A stretch of 64,000 bases of DNA, taken from positions 64,001-128,000 of IMG/VR virus record IMGVR_UViG_3300008110_000034. One strand, 5' to 3'. This DNA comes from a virus. A model generated the notes under the pieces. It saw nothing but the letters and a program-made list of their open reading frames with translations, was not told the DNA's origin and ran no database searches. Below, piece by piece: positions 23,701-32,491 of this stretch (position 1 is the first letter of the stretch; each line of letters opens with the position of its first letter). The translations under genes and the position numbers were made by a program.

Positions 23701-26700
23701 GTATCCTTCTAAAAAACTTACCACTTCTTGTATTGTACTAAGTGTAGTTCCGTAACTTAATTTTAATACTTTACGTTTTTCCCAAACTTTACCAAGAGTG
23801 GCAACTACTCCGCCTGTTTCTGGGAGACTTGGTAATAAGACATAAAGATCTTTATCAAAAGTATCTCCGCTTATGTGATTAGTTTTTACTCTATAATATC
23901 TTCCGTTGTATCTAATTACTTTTCCAGCTACATAAGTTTGGTTAGTATCAAAATCTGTAAATGATTCGCTTATTCCGCCAATTCTAATAGTAGGACCGTC
24001 TTGTAATTTAGAATAGTAACTAAAATACGGTTCGTCTTGATTATACCCTGCAATATTAAATCCGTCAGACACTTTAACAATAATAACTCCACTATAAGAA
24101 ATTTTTCTAATTGGAGAGCTAGTGTTAAGAACAATGTTATAATTCTCCTGCGGAACAAATACATTATTTTTAGAAGTTGGAGATTTAGAATCAAGAATTA
24201 ATCTAAATTTTTCCTTACTGGTAAATCCGCCAAGTTTGCTGACTATTCTATTTGTTAAAGACGACAAGTCACTCTTATAACTAGAAATATTATAATTGTT
24301 GATAGTAAAAATATGATCAGAGATATAATTTATTAATCCGCTGGAATATTCTCGAGTAGCATCATTAACATTCGAAGGTAAAATTATATCCTGAAGTCTT
24401 ATACGAAGATTGGTGTCTTTGTATACTAACTGATTGGCTTTATTTTTTACAATTCTACTTCTATCAAAGCAAGTTCCTAATGTTTTGTTAGGAGATAAGG
24501 TTAAGAAGGCTAGAAGCGCAGCAAACGGATAAAGACTTGATCTTCTCCATGCTGTCTCAACTGGACCTTGATCTCCAAATTCTAAATATCCGGCTGGGCT
24601 TGGATTTATTACGCCAGTGACCATTCCGGTTTCGTACGGACTTATTAATCTTCCTTGATGGTCAACAGGAATCATATCTATCAGTCCTGGCCGCTTGTAG
24701 TGCAACTTTCTAGTTACTGGTTTTCCTGGCTCTCGAACTGCACCGTCATTTAAATCTTGCCAAAGAATTCTATTATTAGCAGTGTATGGCGCTGGTCCAT
24801 ATACTGATTCCCACCATACAGGTTTAATAGTAAATCCTAAAACCTCCCAAGGATGTGAATGCGGTCTGTCTGTATCAAGGAGCCATTTATAAATTGCTCT
24901 CCAGTGTGCTGGCACGGGTCTTCCGTCAGGTGCAATGTTTCCTCTATAATTGAAAGTAAAGCCGTTAGTTCTGTCATACGTTGGTAATCTAGTGTAATCT
25001 TGATCTATTTGGCTTGACCAGTAATAAAAATATTTTGATAGGACTTGATTGTATTCATCTAAATCATAGTCTGTATTTCTAAAGTAACCTGGGATAGTAT
25101 CTTCAATGTTAAAAATTTCTGGATTGTAAGAGATTTTTATATTATTATAAATTCTTTTTTCTAACTCTAGAAGCAATTCATCTCTATAATCACCAAATGC
25201 AATAGTAATACTTCCGTCGTGTCCTTGTATAACATCTGTAGGTTCAATATAAGTTGTATCTTGAAAAATTTCAGGAACAAACTTTGGCCAGATGCCTAAT
25301 TTTGTTGGTGTAGGAGGTACGAAAGTTCCGTCAGTTGACTCGTACTCATATACTTCAATCAAGTCATCCTCGTTGATGTCTAAGATGATTTCTAAATATC
25401 CTGAAGAAGTAAAGGTATAATTCAATCCGTAAAGTAGTTGTTCACCATTTAGATAAACTAAAACTGACTTATTTGATAATGCTGACATATCAAATACATC
25501 AGAAATTGGGTACATCTTTACACGAGAATCCAACACAGGATATTCAGTTTTTTTACTTGGTCCATAGGCAAACATATCGCTTAGATAATAAGGATTTGTT
25601 TTAGGAGTCTGTTGATTTATTTGATATAAAATCTCATCAACATGGTCCCTAATATTGCTGCCAGAACCTGATTCTTCGGCTAGTCTTAAAAATAATCTTT
25701 TGAATGTTGCATACGTTTCTTTAGCGTCTTCAACAGATTTTAGAACATTAGCAGTTTTTGAACCAAGATGATAAAGGCTAAAATTTAACGGACATGTGTG
25801 CTGAACGAACCGTGTACCGTACGAGGATGTGTCTCCTAAGTCTCTAAGATTACCTTGTCCAATATAATTTCCTACAAATCCTGGAATATTTTCAGAGATT
25901 GAAGATACATGATCAATAACTTCGCCTAAAGTAAAGTATTGTAAATTATTGTTTAAAGGATTATTTTGTAAACTTAAAGGTATTTCGTAATATCCTTTTT
26001 TATTCTTAGCTTGTTTTGCAAAGCATTTTAAGGTTATTACATCTGAATCTGTAATTGTTATTCTACTGTTTTGATTAAGCGATACGTATTTGTAGTTTAT
26101 TCCTGTTTCTACAGTAAACGCAGTCTTTGGAATTCTTTTACCGTTAATTAAAACTCTAACTTCAAGATCTAATAAATCGTTTGCATTATCGTATACGTCA
26201 ATAGGAAAGTTATTCTTATATTCTGTACCTTCGTAAATTCTAATAATAGGTTGAGCATTAGTAATTAAATTCTTACACCATCCATTAGAATATTCTTCAA
26301 GATTATATCCGTGAATAATTTTTAAAAATCCAGTATCTGTATTTTTTGATAGTGTAACAAAGTTTTCTTTATATTGAAAATAATCTGTTAATAGATTAAA
26401 TTCAAATAATATGTCTCCTACATTTGCTATATTTTGATAAGATAACCCGAACCCTAATTCAGAGTCGGCACTAAGTGAAGAAGTTTTATATGAAAAAATC
26501 TTATTTCCTGCAAAACTTGATCCGTCGTAAACAGAAATGTCTGCAAAGCTATTTCCATCCTCGTCAAATAAATCAAATAAAGGAGACTGATTTACTGTTA
26601 TTTTTTGCTGGCCTTTGTTCCAAATGGATCCATTATAATAATACATTGATCCTTGATTTTCTTGGCCGAACTTTACAAGAACTGTTTCTCCGTTAATAGG

Positions 26701-28521
26701 AACAGTATCGTCAGTTTCAATTAGAGTAATTTGATCTTGTGCTACCGTTACTATATCAAGCAAGTGATTTCCTTCACTTTGCGAGGTTAAGGTAACAACT
26801 TGTGTTAGATTTTTATCTGAATATAGTCTAATTCTTTTATTATCAACTACGTAAACATAATAAACTTGGCGATTAACTAGTCCACCAATTGCAGTGTTAC
26901 CGTTTGACAAATATTCTACTCGTCTTCCGTTAACTAATCCGTGATCAATATCAAGATTAAGGTGGTTAGTCGGAATTTCTACATTTGTAATTCCGTTAAA
27001 TTCAACTTGTCGATTGGCTGGCTTTACGTTGATAAACTTAACTTCAAAAATTTTCCCTTGAACTCGTATATCTGTATCAGCTGTGAACAGAATTCTCTGG
27101 CCGTTTACTAGATCTACATTATCAATATTATAACCTAAACTTCCTTCAATAGTACTAAAAACGTCAGTAGTAAATGTATCTACTAAATCTACATTTTTCT
27201 TTGCAACTGATCCAAAATTATATAATTTTACACCTGCATCAAATTCAATAATTGGTCTTTTTGCTCTTCCGCTCTGATCAATATCTGGCGCTAAAGAATT
27301 TAATTCATAACTAGTTTTAATCACATCTTCGTGGAACCATCGATTATATCTAGCCCACGGATTTCTATCTGGACTTGATCTATTGATAGTAATATAATCT
27401 TTTGATGCAGCTAAACTATTTGCATCACTAAAAGGTAAAAAATCAAAAGGAGTGTCATCGAACAACACCTGACTATCAGAAGTATATGTGCTGATGATTT
27501 CTAAATCTTTTTCGCTTACTAATGTAATTTTATTTCCTACACCCTCAACATACCAAATAGAATTAGAATACTTTTCAGGAGATACAGTTCCAGTAAATTT
27601 AATTTTCATTCCGTTACTAAAAGAAACACCATTAGACATAGTATAAGTCTTTTTGCCTAGGATGTCTTTTTCAACATCTAAAAATGTGTTTTCTGTAATG
27701 TCTTGTATTTTAAATATGCCCGAAGTATCAATATTATTTTCACTTGTGTAAAATAAAAAGTCCGGTGCGTCCTCAGGAATTGAAAATTTAATTTCTCCTA
27801 CTTCTACAGCATTTTGACTTACACCCTGCAAGTAACGATCTGTTGAGCCAATAGTTCGTTCAGTTTTAATACTGAATGGTTCTCCTGGAGAATTAATTAT
27901 AAAATTATAAGTTTGTCCTCTGTATAATGTTAAAGAAGGATTTTTACTTAATCCGTCTGGTGTGAAAACAAAAGACCGGTTATCTCCCTCGTCAACAGTA
28001 ACAACAGTATAAGTGCTTTCTATTGCTAGTTGTTGTCCTGCTACAGAAATAACAGGAGGGCCATAGGGTAACCAAAAATACTGTTGAAAATTAGCAAATT
28101 TGTCCCAGCAGATATGAGGTTCCCAAGAATAAAATTCTTGCTTGTTTAATCTCTCATGGTTATCAACGATTCCGTTGTTGATCTTAACATGATTAATGTG
28201 ATCTATATAATCTTTTAAAAATGATACATTGCCTAAGTAGTCTTGAATAATTGCTGCAGGTTCAAGTTGATAATTAGATCTATCAATATCCGATGCTTCA
28301 ATAAAAATATCGCTAGCCGTGACTGCTTTGGCGTTTTTTCTTCCAATGTAGCCATTTACTTTTTTAACTTTTCCAGGCTGTGTTAGTTGATCTATAGTGG
28401 CTTCGGTAAATTTTTTGTTAGCATCTGTTCTATAAAATCTAGGAAGAAGACTTGACGATCTTCTTTTTTCGTTTGAATTTATAGGGACACCGTTCTCATT
28501 TTGATTTTTATCGTATGCCAT
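14722..28521 (-). CDS. Giant (4,599 aa) baseplate wedge / virion surface protein with FG-GAP-like propeller and carbohydrate-binding-like modules
   Basis: Follows the gp6-like gene with a TAATG overlap, in the T4 gp7 position. Contains GSGY-x-x-AP repeats, FG-GAP-like repeats and five W/F-x4-Y-x2-G-x-x-V-x-Y modules. Confidence 0.7.
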   Translation of the reverse strand: MAYDKNQNENGVPINSNEKRRSSSLLPRFYRTDANKKFTEATIDQLTQPGKVKKVNGYIGRKNAKAVTASDIFIEASDIDRSNYQLEPAAIIQDYLGNVSFLKDYIDHINHVKINNGIVDNHERLNKQEFYSWEPHICWDKFANFQQYFWLPYGPPVISVAGQQLAIESTYTVVTVDEGDNRSFVFTPDGLSKNPSLTLYRGQTYNFIINSPGEPFSIKTERTIGSTDRYLQGVSQNAVEVGEIKFSIPEDAPDFLFYTSENNIDTSGIFKIQDITENTFLDVEKDILGKKTYTMSNGVSFSNGMKIKFTGTVSPEKYSNSIWYVEGVGNKITLVSEKDLEIISTYTSDSQVLFDDTPFDFLPFSDANSLAASKDYITINRSSPDRNPWARYNRWFHEDVIKTSYELNSLAPDIDQSGRAKRPIIEFDAGVKLYNFGSVAKKNVDLVDTFTTDVFSTIEGSLGYNIDNVDLVNGQRILFTADTDIRVQGKIFEVKFINVKPANRQVEFNGITNVEIPTNHLNLDIDHGLVNGRRVEYLSNGNTAIGGLVNRQVYYVYVVDNKRIRLYSDKNLTQVVTLTSQSEGNHLLDIVTVAQDQITLIETDDTVPINGETVLVKFGQENQGSMYYYNGSIWNKGQQKITVNQSPLFDLFDEDGNSFADISVYDGSSFAGNKIFSYKTSSLSADSELGFGLSYQNIANVGDILFEFNLLTDYFQYKENFVTLSKNTDTGFLKIIHGYNLEEYSNGWCKNLITNAQPIIRIYEGTEYKNNFPIDVYDNANDLLDLEVRVLINGKRIPKTAFTVETGINYKYVSLNQNSRITITDSDVITLKCFAKQAKNKKGYYEIPLSLQNNPLNNNLQYFTLGEVIDHVSSISENIPGFVGNYIGQGNLRDLGDTSSYGTRFVQHTCPLNFSLYHLGSKTANVLKSVEDAKETYATFKRLFLRLAEESGSGSNIRDHVDEILYQINQQTPKTNPYYLSDMFAYGPSKKTEYPVLDSRVKMYPISDVFDMSALSNKSVLVYLNGEQLLYGLNYTFTSSGYLEIILDINEDDLIEVYEYESTDGTFVPPTPTKLGIWPKFVPEIFQDTTYIEPTDVIQGHDGSITIAFGDYRDELLLELEKRIYNNIKISYNPEIFNIEDTIPGYFRNTDYDLDEYNQVLSKYFYYWSSQIDQDYTRLPTYDRTNGFTFNYRGNIAPDGRPVPAHWRAIYKWLLDTDRPHSHPWEVLGFTIKPVWWESVYGPAPYTANNRILWQDLNDGAVREPGKPVTRKLHYKRPGLIDMIPVDHQGRLISPYETGMVTGVINPSPAGYLEFGDQGPVETAWRRSSLYPFAALLAFLTLSPNKTLGTCFDRSRIVKNKANQLVYKDTNLRIRLQDIILPSNVNDATREYSSGLINYISDHIFTINNYNISSYKSDLSSLTNRIVSKLGGFTSKEKFRLILDSKSPTSKNNVFVPQENYNIVLNTSSPIRKISYSGVIIVKVSDGFNIAGYNQDEPYFSYYSKLQDGPTIRIGGISESFTDFDTNQTYVAGKVIRYNGRYYRVKTNHISGDTFDKDLYVLLPSLPETGGVVATLGKVWEKRKVLKLSYGTTLSTIQEVVSFLEGYGIYLEDQGFVFDDFNTNTESISNWNTSLKEFMFWATQKWKTGAVISLSPAAEKITLNTEFSVVNDIKDSFYGYNILRVDGQKLDPDLTSIYRTDNNYSVSPANTSHGIYSATFYLIQKEHVVVIDNRTMFNDVIYDLEPGYRQERIKINGYLTQSWTGGFSIPGFIYDEAVIKDWEPWTDYSLGTIVKFKEFYYSANKFIPGVELFNSNEWKLLLEKPTPRLIPNWDYKAEQFTDFYDLDTDNFDAGQQKVAQHLIGYQNRQYLENIIRDDVSQYKFYQGMIIEKGTKNVLNKLFDVLSANDQDSLVFDEEWAVRVGEYGASAAFDEIEIKLKEDNFKINPQPIEFVNSIDSNIVDSVYRQVPTDLVVRTVNYSSNPWPIRSHKTRFLRTPGYVRYDDVTLSVDSLLDLLDQNPNEFSIGDYIWCAFETLNAGGDYWNVYRITRAPFTIIGATYDNGILTFECDITPNLSIGDVFGLQSSGDADGFYTVSDLIDDTIVVEKEIPNFQGLSGATRELIFVSQRLESIDLANEILSTNIKAGELIWADSNEQSNNWAVWKNSPVYAKVELKNDEPRTEEKFGIALATNKLGTTLAVGTEQNKVLIYNVFNGTWGRLQELTVSALGPIADFTNSGFGTKLAMSEDAEWLAIAAPRASNIKTTYRGNYNSTANYNENDIVRVGNVHWQAATNLLDAETSTIDQFAQDWTPARLIEATKSGTPSGYVGQGLVVLYKRIADGTYRVVTSFTSPHPVLNNEEFGTKMKFSQSNGEYILGITSPLSGKLYLYRYSNVSDDSGIEWHMDYDRRYRGAFSSLIEYYQGDLVFYNQSIYEAIEDLSAGAFDIDQWTVVTDKNILGYFPNDVLNIEDTSPASDKFAYDFDFSSSGDRLAISAPNADKVFVYQYNGNSYDLILPVLEPATGDLEANTRFGASVALSSTGDSLAIGITDIVGASNNGKIFVYDLTSETYEKAQTIRSISDEIDERFGSTIEFMNDDKTLLVFSKKGDTFQDGSTVILDNGRIDIFDKYYTNFIYGESLTFNDSSLLKYGESIAVADSTILVSAPEYDDSYVENTGIVYSFKKLKTQYSWKKLYQESAVVDVEKIKKLFVYNSRTNTLLNYLDVIDPVQGKIAGPADQEIKFKTYFDPAIYSYSNNDLNVDEGLDWTSEQVGVLWWDLTNAKFLDSYVEDLIYRSSTWNTLHKNASIDIYEWVESKILPSAWDDIADTESGLSQGISGQSLYGDNAYSIKKRYDSISKTFKNTYYFWVKNKVTVPSVAGRNISATDVANLISDPKAQGYQFVSFLSKNSINLYNFKSLLENNDVNLNFQYWIIDKTDNNSHYQWKIISENENTSIPKEIEEKWFYSLVGKDANDRPLPDLNLPIKLRYGIESRPRQSMFVNRLEALKQLFERANSVLAKNLIADDYDLSDLLMTEPKPSSVSRLYDRVIDTELELRFINTDSLRQAILTPVITDGRITEVVISNSGYGYTTAPSIKIYGSGKNADILPVINSKGQITEVLINNPGQGYSDGTRLTVRYYSVLVNSDSAALNRWSIYQWDNVSWFRAKTQTYDVTQYWDYIDYYATGYNQFTKVDYAVDGTYQLPLLKTKIGDTVKVNNIGSGGWIILEKYADSTSVDYTQSYSVVGRYQGTIQFKDNLYKYKEGGVGYDGSLFDSDGYDEFASVELRVILNSFKDKIFVDTLRVEYLKLFFSSIRYVLSEQTLVDWVFKTSFVKAKHNVGSLKQKVTYNNDNLDNFEDYINEVKPYRTKIREFISTYNTVQNTPLSLTDFDLQSTISNQDTIIPVNVRVSETVNAVPPVTEISGTSVLSEYPWKHWYDNVGFTLSSIEIVDGGSGYITAPTVIIEDSYGVKASAKAFISNGQVSKIRIINSGTRFLKAPIVTLSGGTALSDNYARAVAIIENGVVRSSMIKMRFDRTTRTYAVTSILETETFSGDIQVTGKRLQFDLKWAPNTEVGKTLITINNVEILRDDYRLVVKNTQINGFTQYYGSVIFETPPTKGATVVIRYNKSSIHLNAADRINFYYDPQTAQLGKQLSQLMTGVDYGGVNIVGLDFNIQYGWDNLPWMTIPWDTFDDSFDDYVYTGANYEVVLDYVPALNEEINVYISRYDPEDLRSVNGYLPPVRIDNYDYEGVPIPGYPDAVMATFVGDGVNQTVVIPEDKITINSNDIVIVRRSTSDGSYKPLETNYDIRLDGGPIDYSSATGLNADDIIIDGDGFVTPTSSSAPEEVVPGHISDTVAIKVYNRPTSGSAKIISKNYKGDNSTSSFTLDQIPNGNAVLIVKLDDQILTRGVDYQYDWKLNEVKLTAAASNTQIVNITSFGLNSSNVVDLDYFIADGVSTEFITRASWSSNFEGFVLVNGEAIDYVLFETDESYGESSIGKLGIKFAAPPELDSVITYAITPIIEGTPVLDKMSIIRSESFEAEEEVFSYTLTIPIGKKLPFGRNSIVRVGQEVLRSPRTFYFTLSGGQLTYNIPQYQLTPSTLTVSNLSVYVDGKLLSPVIDYTFNGAGISVTLLSSSYVEGTVLSIAILTDADYRIEIDSGGVTNLILTESYPTGTEVEVITYYNHDILNVERTNNKLESQGTIVPMSADYYEFKKNTAGMFSLKAPVSSDDYVWVTKNRKLLTHSVDYSLHPLKQSIMLSEDLISSDIVEIIVFNDQVTEQAISYMQFKDILNRVHYKRLRSDKQTSLARELNYYDSEIEVTNGSVLADPLSLKNIPGIIEINGERIEYLYKNGNILGQLRRGTLGTGVPTLHSFGMLVQDISFSETIPYNDELIIENHYSDGSTKLVPLEFTPALTSGTVADGSTLYTGWRRSSTPTQFGQCDDVEVFVGGWLVMGDWTSDTSYNLGDIVIYGSYNYRCTSDHISSDSFFNDSDKWKFFTGNRRLKKHPYEVHCLDNGPESPGADVEFDADFAVDGTTKGVLLSEIPSIGTKISIVKRQGKIWNEPGKSLSFSNTPIAKFLKRYEGAWPNKTP

Positions 28522-31500
28522 TAAACACTCCCAATCGTGCTGCTAAGAATATTTTGTTCATTTAGTGTTGTTGATTGTATAAAGATTTCACCAGAGCTCT
28601 TAATTTTTGTTGCAGTAATTGCGGAAATAATTTCAATATTATCCACAGATGCTCCGCTTACAAATATTTGATCTCTTTCTGCTTGAATTTCATATAAGCT
28701 ACCAAAAAATAAATTTGATTTATTAGGTACAATAATAAAATTTACAATATCTGGTGCTAATTGATTCATCACATATGTTGCTAGTTCTGTAAAGTAAAAA
28801 CTATCTCCGAAGTCCCAATTTTCCAAAGAGAAAAATTGATTTATTGCAGATAACGCTCTTGATTTAATATCATTATCACTTACTACCTTTTCAGAATTTT
28901 TAACAATTTTAAAGGTTGCTTGAAGGTCCGGAGATGCCTTATTTCCAAATAAAATTTTATATTTGACAGGATGGTAGATAATTTCATCGCTAATAGATTT
29001 TATTTTATTAAGATCTGTAGATAATAAATTAAACAACTCATCGCTGCTTGGTGGTAGTGGTTCGGTCGTTAAACTTCCTTGTAGGTATCTTCGATATTCT
29101 TTATCGTAGTTTTTAGTTAAAACAAAAATGTCTACAATATTAGTAAGGCCTGGATCAATTCTAGATTCGTAATCAGCATTATGAATATACTGAAAATTTA
29201 AATTATCTCTTCCTTGAAATACTCGATATGAATCACTAAAACTTAATTTTCCTTGGGATAGATTTAATTTTTTAACTACATCCGTATCAACAAAATAAAA
29301 ATGCTGACTGTCGTTGTAGTCATTAAAATTAATCACAGAACTTTCTGAGGGTAGAATTATTACTTCTCCCGTATTTGAAAGATATCTATAATCTTCTTGC
29401 CCTTGTGCGATTGAATATTTTTCAAGTACTACATAGTACTTTGAACTGCTTTTGTTAATAAGTTGTTCAAATAATTCTGGGTTATCTACTACACTATCTT
29501 CATCAGTGTCAGTAAATGTAATTTGAATCTTTTTAGTATCTACGTAACCATCTAATCCTTTAAACTCTTCAGAAATTTCCCAATCTAAATCTAATGTATA
29601 GGGAATAGTTAACGACGGTCGTGTATTAATTCGTAAAATTTTTATTTTATCCTTGATTGTAGTATTTGATTTCACATCATATACTTTATCCGAAGCATCA
29701 AAATAAAAACGTATCTGTTTATCACTTTCGAAGATGTATCTTAGTTGTCTATATTGGACAGTATAGTACTCGGTGTCAGTTGTGAATAAAAATATCCAAC
29801 TGTTATCTAATTTTGAATTTCCAATATCTCCAGCCTTGCCTAAACTAAATGTTGTGCTTTGGTTAAGATTGGCTTCAAAAATAATTTTCCAGGTCTTTGT
29901 ATTAACATCGTATCGAAGTCCAAATGGTTTATTAGAATAAATTAAATCAACCATTGTACTGACTACAGTAGTCTCAAGAGAAGTGCGCCATCTAGGGATA
30001 ATTTGTTGTAACACTGCGTTTGACGGTATTACATCGTTCAATAGTACTGTTCCAGCACCATCTGGCTTAATACCAGTATTATTATTTGTGCCGTCACCGT
30101 ATACGCTAACAACCTTAGTCCATAGCACCGATGATGCATTAGGAATTAGGCTGGTGTTTTCAGTAGTAGTAACAATTTTATTGCTATCGGATGTGTCAAA
30201 ATATTGTGTTGCAGAATTAGGTACTACAAATTTTAATAAGGCTCCAAATTCTATATGTTTTAACTCAGTAGTTGTAAATGCTCCTGTTTTAAAAGGAATA
30301 ATTTCAGATAGGTCGGTAAAATATCCGGTAGACTGATTAGTATCAGAAGTTACGTTTATCCACTTAACATCAACCGGTGCGGTATCTACATTTGGAAATT
30401 CTGAATAGTAAAAATCTCTTAATGTATTTTTTTCTAAGATAGATGAAATTTCATTATAAATGACACTCTCAATATCTGTTCTAGTCAAATAACTGAATTT
30501 AAAATTGTCAATAAATTTTTCAATATACACAGCCCCATCGTCGGCAAATAAATTAGTCTTACTATACTTCCCGGTTGGATCAACTAGATCAAAATATCGA
30601 CTTATGCCACTGCTAGATCTATTGATTGATTTTATTTTTGCTACACTTTGACTTACTGATAAAGGACTAATATTATAATCCTCAGCTGTAATCATTCTAT
30701 TTTGTGTGTAATATGTAGCCGGTGCATTATTTTTAATTTCTGCATTTGTTTCCGATGCTGCGGAATTCGCCACACTTGTTTGTAATGACATTGTAATTGT
30801 CAGTGTTTCAACTTGACCAATATTAGAAACGTAAGGAATATCAATAGTGATTCCTCTAACATCTTTTGGATTAATTGTATAATTTAATCCGTTACTAATT
30901 CTATAGTATACTCTAAATGTGCCAAGCGGTAAGTTTCCAAATGTACCGTCACTAAACGATAAACTTACGCGATCACTTGATCGTGTAATAACAGTAAAAA
31001 TATTTTTAATATTTTTTTGCAGACTGTTATAAATGATATTGTTACCCTCTAATGAAGGAACTTTAGCCCACTGCTCTGTTTCAAATCCATTGTTATCAAT
31101 TTTATAAAGCCACATGTCGCTGTTGTTAACATTAACAGCGTCAAGGTCAACTACTTCGTTAGTTGAAGGTTGAGTAATTGTAAACGTTCCTTGATTTAAT
31201 GTACCTTGTCTAAAATGTAAAAAGAATCCAGTTGAATTACTTGCTGGGCCTTTTCCGTCTTCTCTATAAAGGAAAGCAAGATTGTTTGCGACGCTAGGGG
31301 ACTCTTCGTATATTTCGTCAGCTCCAGTAAACACAGTGCTAACTATTTCAAAATCCATGTTACGGCCGTCTACTGTTTTTGTAAACGAGTAAACCGGAAC
31401 ATCTGCATTTACGCTCTGAAATCTATATTGTTCAGTTGGGACTCCGTATACTGTCTTTTTATCGTCCGGATTTCCAAACTGTTTACTTGCAGGTATAGCT

Positions 31501-31985
31501 GCATTTATTATTTTAATAAATTGATCGTACCAATTAGTATTAGCAGGATCATTCCACAATACAGTTTGTCCGGATAAATTTCGTCCGTTACTATCAACAA
31601 CTGTTTGTGTAGTGCTTACGCTAGTGAACTTTAGTAATCCGCTAGCAGGAATATTCCTTTTTGGCGTGTAGCTTAGTAATCTAGCTAGACGTAGGACACT
31701 ATCTCTGCGTTCTGCAAGTTCTAAAAAGTTTTCTCTAGCATTTAAATCAACCCTAAATGCAACATTTTGTCCCAAAAATGCTATTAGATCAATTAATGCA
31801 AGGTACTCGCTAGATTCAATATAATCATTGAAATCTTCTGGATAATTTTCTCGAAGATAGCTAATCATAGTTCTACGAAGATTTTCAAAATCGTAACTTT
31901 GAAAGTCTGCGTTTCTATAACTTTGGTATATTCTTTTCCAGTCTTCTGCGACTAAAAGTCTATTTTGTCTATCAGTTGCTGACAT
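28521..31985 (-). CDS. gp6: Baseplate wedge subunit, T4 gp6-like
   Basis: ADFQSYDFENLRRTMISYLR, LIDLIAFLGQ, ARENFLELAERRDSVLRLARLLSY, SFSDGTFG, QNRMITAEDY. Confidence 0.85.
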   Translation of the reverse strand: MSATDRQNRLLVAEDWKRIYQSYRNADFQSYDFENLRRTMISYLRENYPEDFNDYIESSEYLALIDLIAFLGQNVAFRVDLNARENFLELAERRDSVLRLARLLSYTPKRNIPASGLLKFTSVSTTQTVVDSNGRNLSGQTVLWNDPANTNWYDQFIKIINAAIPASKQFGNPDDKKTVYGVPTEQYRFQSVNADVPVYSFTKTVDGRNMDFEIVSTVFTGADEIYEESPSVANNLAFLYREDGKGPASNSTGFFLHFRQGTLNQGTFTITQPSTNEVVDLDAVNVNNSDMWLYKIDNNGFETEQWAKVPSLEGNNIIYNSLQKNIKNIFTVITRSSDRVSLSFSDGTFGNLPLGTFRVYYRISNGLNYTINPKDVRGITIDIPYVSNIGQVETLTITMSLQTSVANSAASETNAEIKNNAPATYYTQNRMITAEDYNISPLSVSQSVAKIKSINRSSSGISRYFDLVDPTGKYSKTNLFADDGAVYIEKFIDNFKFSYLTRTDIESVIYNEISSILEKNTLRDFYYSEFPNVDTAPVDVKWINVTSDTNQSTGYFTDLSEIIPFKTGAFTTTELKHIEFGALLKFVVPNSATQYFDTSDSNKIVTTTENTSLIPNASSVLWTKVVSVYGDGTNNNTGIKPDGAGTVLLNDVIPSNAVLQQIIPRWRTSLETTVVSTMVDLIYSNKPFGLRYDVNTKTWKIIFEANLNQSTTFSLGKAGDIGNSKLDNSWIFLFTTDTEYYTVQYRQLRYIFESDKQIRFYFDASDKVYDVKSNTTIKDKIKILRINTRPSLTIPYTLDLDWEISEEFKGLDGYVDTKKIQITFTDTDEDSVVDNPELFEQLINKSSSKYYVVLEKYSIAQGQEDYRYLSNTGEVIILPSESSVINFNDYNDSQHFYFVDTDVVKKLNLSQGKLSFSDSYRVFQGRDNLNFQYIHNADYESRIDPGLTNIVDIFVLTKNYDKEYRRYLQGSLTTEPLPPSSDELFNLLSTDLNKIKSISDEIIYHPVKYKILFGNKASPDLQATFKIVKNSEKVVSDNDIKSRALSAINQFFSLENWDFGDSFYFTELATYVMNQLAPDIVNFIIVPNKSNLFFGSLYEIQAERDQIFVSGASVDNIEIISAITATKIKSSGEIFIQSTTLNEQNILSSTIGSV

Positions 31986-32007
31986 ATCTGTTTCCTATTA
32001 ACAGATA

Positions 32008-32015
32008 TATTTATT
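32008..32015 (-). promoter_or_regulatory. T4-like late promoter (AATAAATA)
   Basis: TATTTATT on the + strand, ~23 nt upstream of the gp6-like ATG. Confidence 0.55.
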
Positions 32016-32035
32016 GGAATTTATTATCTGGGTGT

Positions 32036-32479
32036 TTAATTGATAAGCCCGTTATCCTGGTCAAATTTAAATCTTAGGGCTTCGGAAATGTTATAAGGCA
32101 AGTAAGTCAGTGAACACTCAATTTGAATACCTGTTTCGTACTGTGTTACAATTATTTGATCTGCTCTAACACGCGGATCATAGTTAATGATAGTTTCAAC
32201 ATTTTTTGTTATCAAGTTTTTCACTTGATCAGTTAATGGTTCAAACAATAAATCCCAAATTACAGTACCAAATTCGGGCTGCTCTAATCGTTCACCTTGT
32301 CTGATATGGAAATGATTAATGATATCCTGTTTAATCAAGTTAAGATCATAGAGAGTATATGAGTTAGTATCACTAGAAAGTGTACTGAACCCACGATATG
32401 TCCGTGCGCCAGGGATAAAGTTAGCCTGCTTAGGAGCAGGTAAAGTTATATTTTCATATAATCTGTTTCCAGTAACCAT
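32036..32479 (-). CDS. gp25: Baseplate wedge subunit gp25-like (GPW/gp25 family)
   Basis: LIKQDIINHFHIRQGERLEQPEFGTVIWDLLFEP...INYDPRV. Confidence 0.9.
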   Translation of the reverse strand: MVTGNRLYENITLPAPKQANFIPGARTYRGFSTLSSDTNSYTLYDLNLIKQDIINHFHIRQGERLEQPEFGTVIWDLLFEPLTDQVKNLITKNVETIINYDPRVRADQIIVTQYETGIQIECSLTYLPYNISEALRFKFDQDNGLIN

Positions 32480-32483
32480 AAAC

Positions 32484-32491
32484 TATTTAAC
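32484..32491 (-). promoter_or_regulatory. Possible late promoter (GTTAAATA)
   Basis: TAAATA core immediately upstream of the gp25-like start. Confidence 0.4.
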
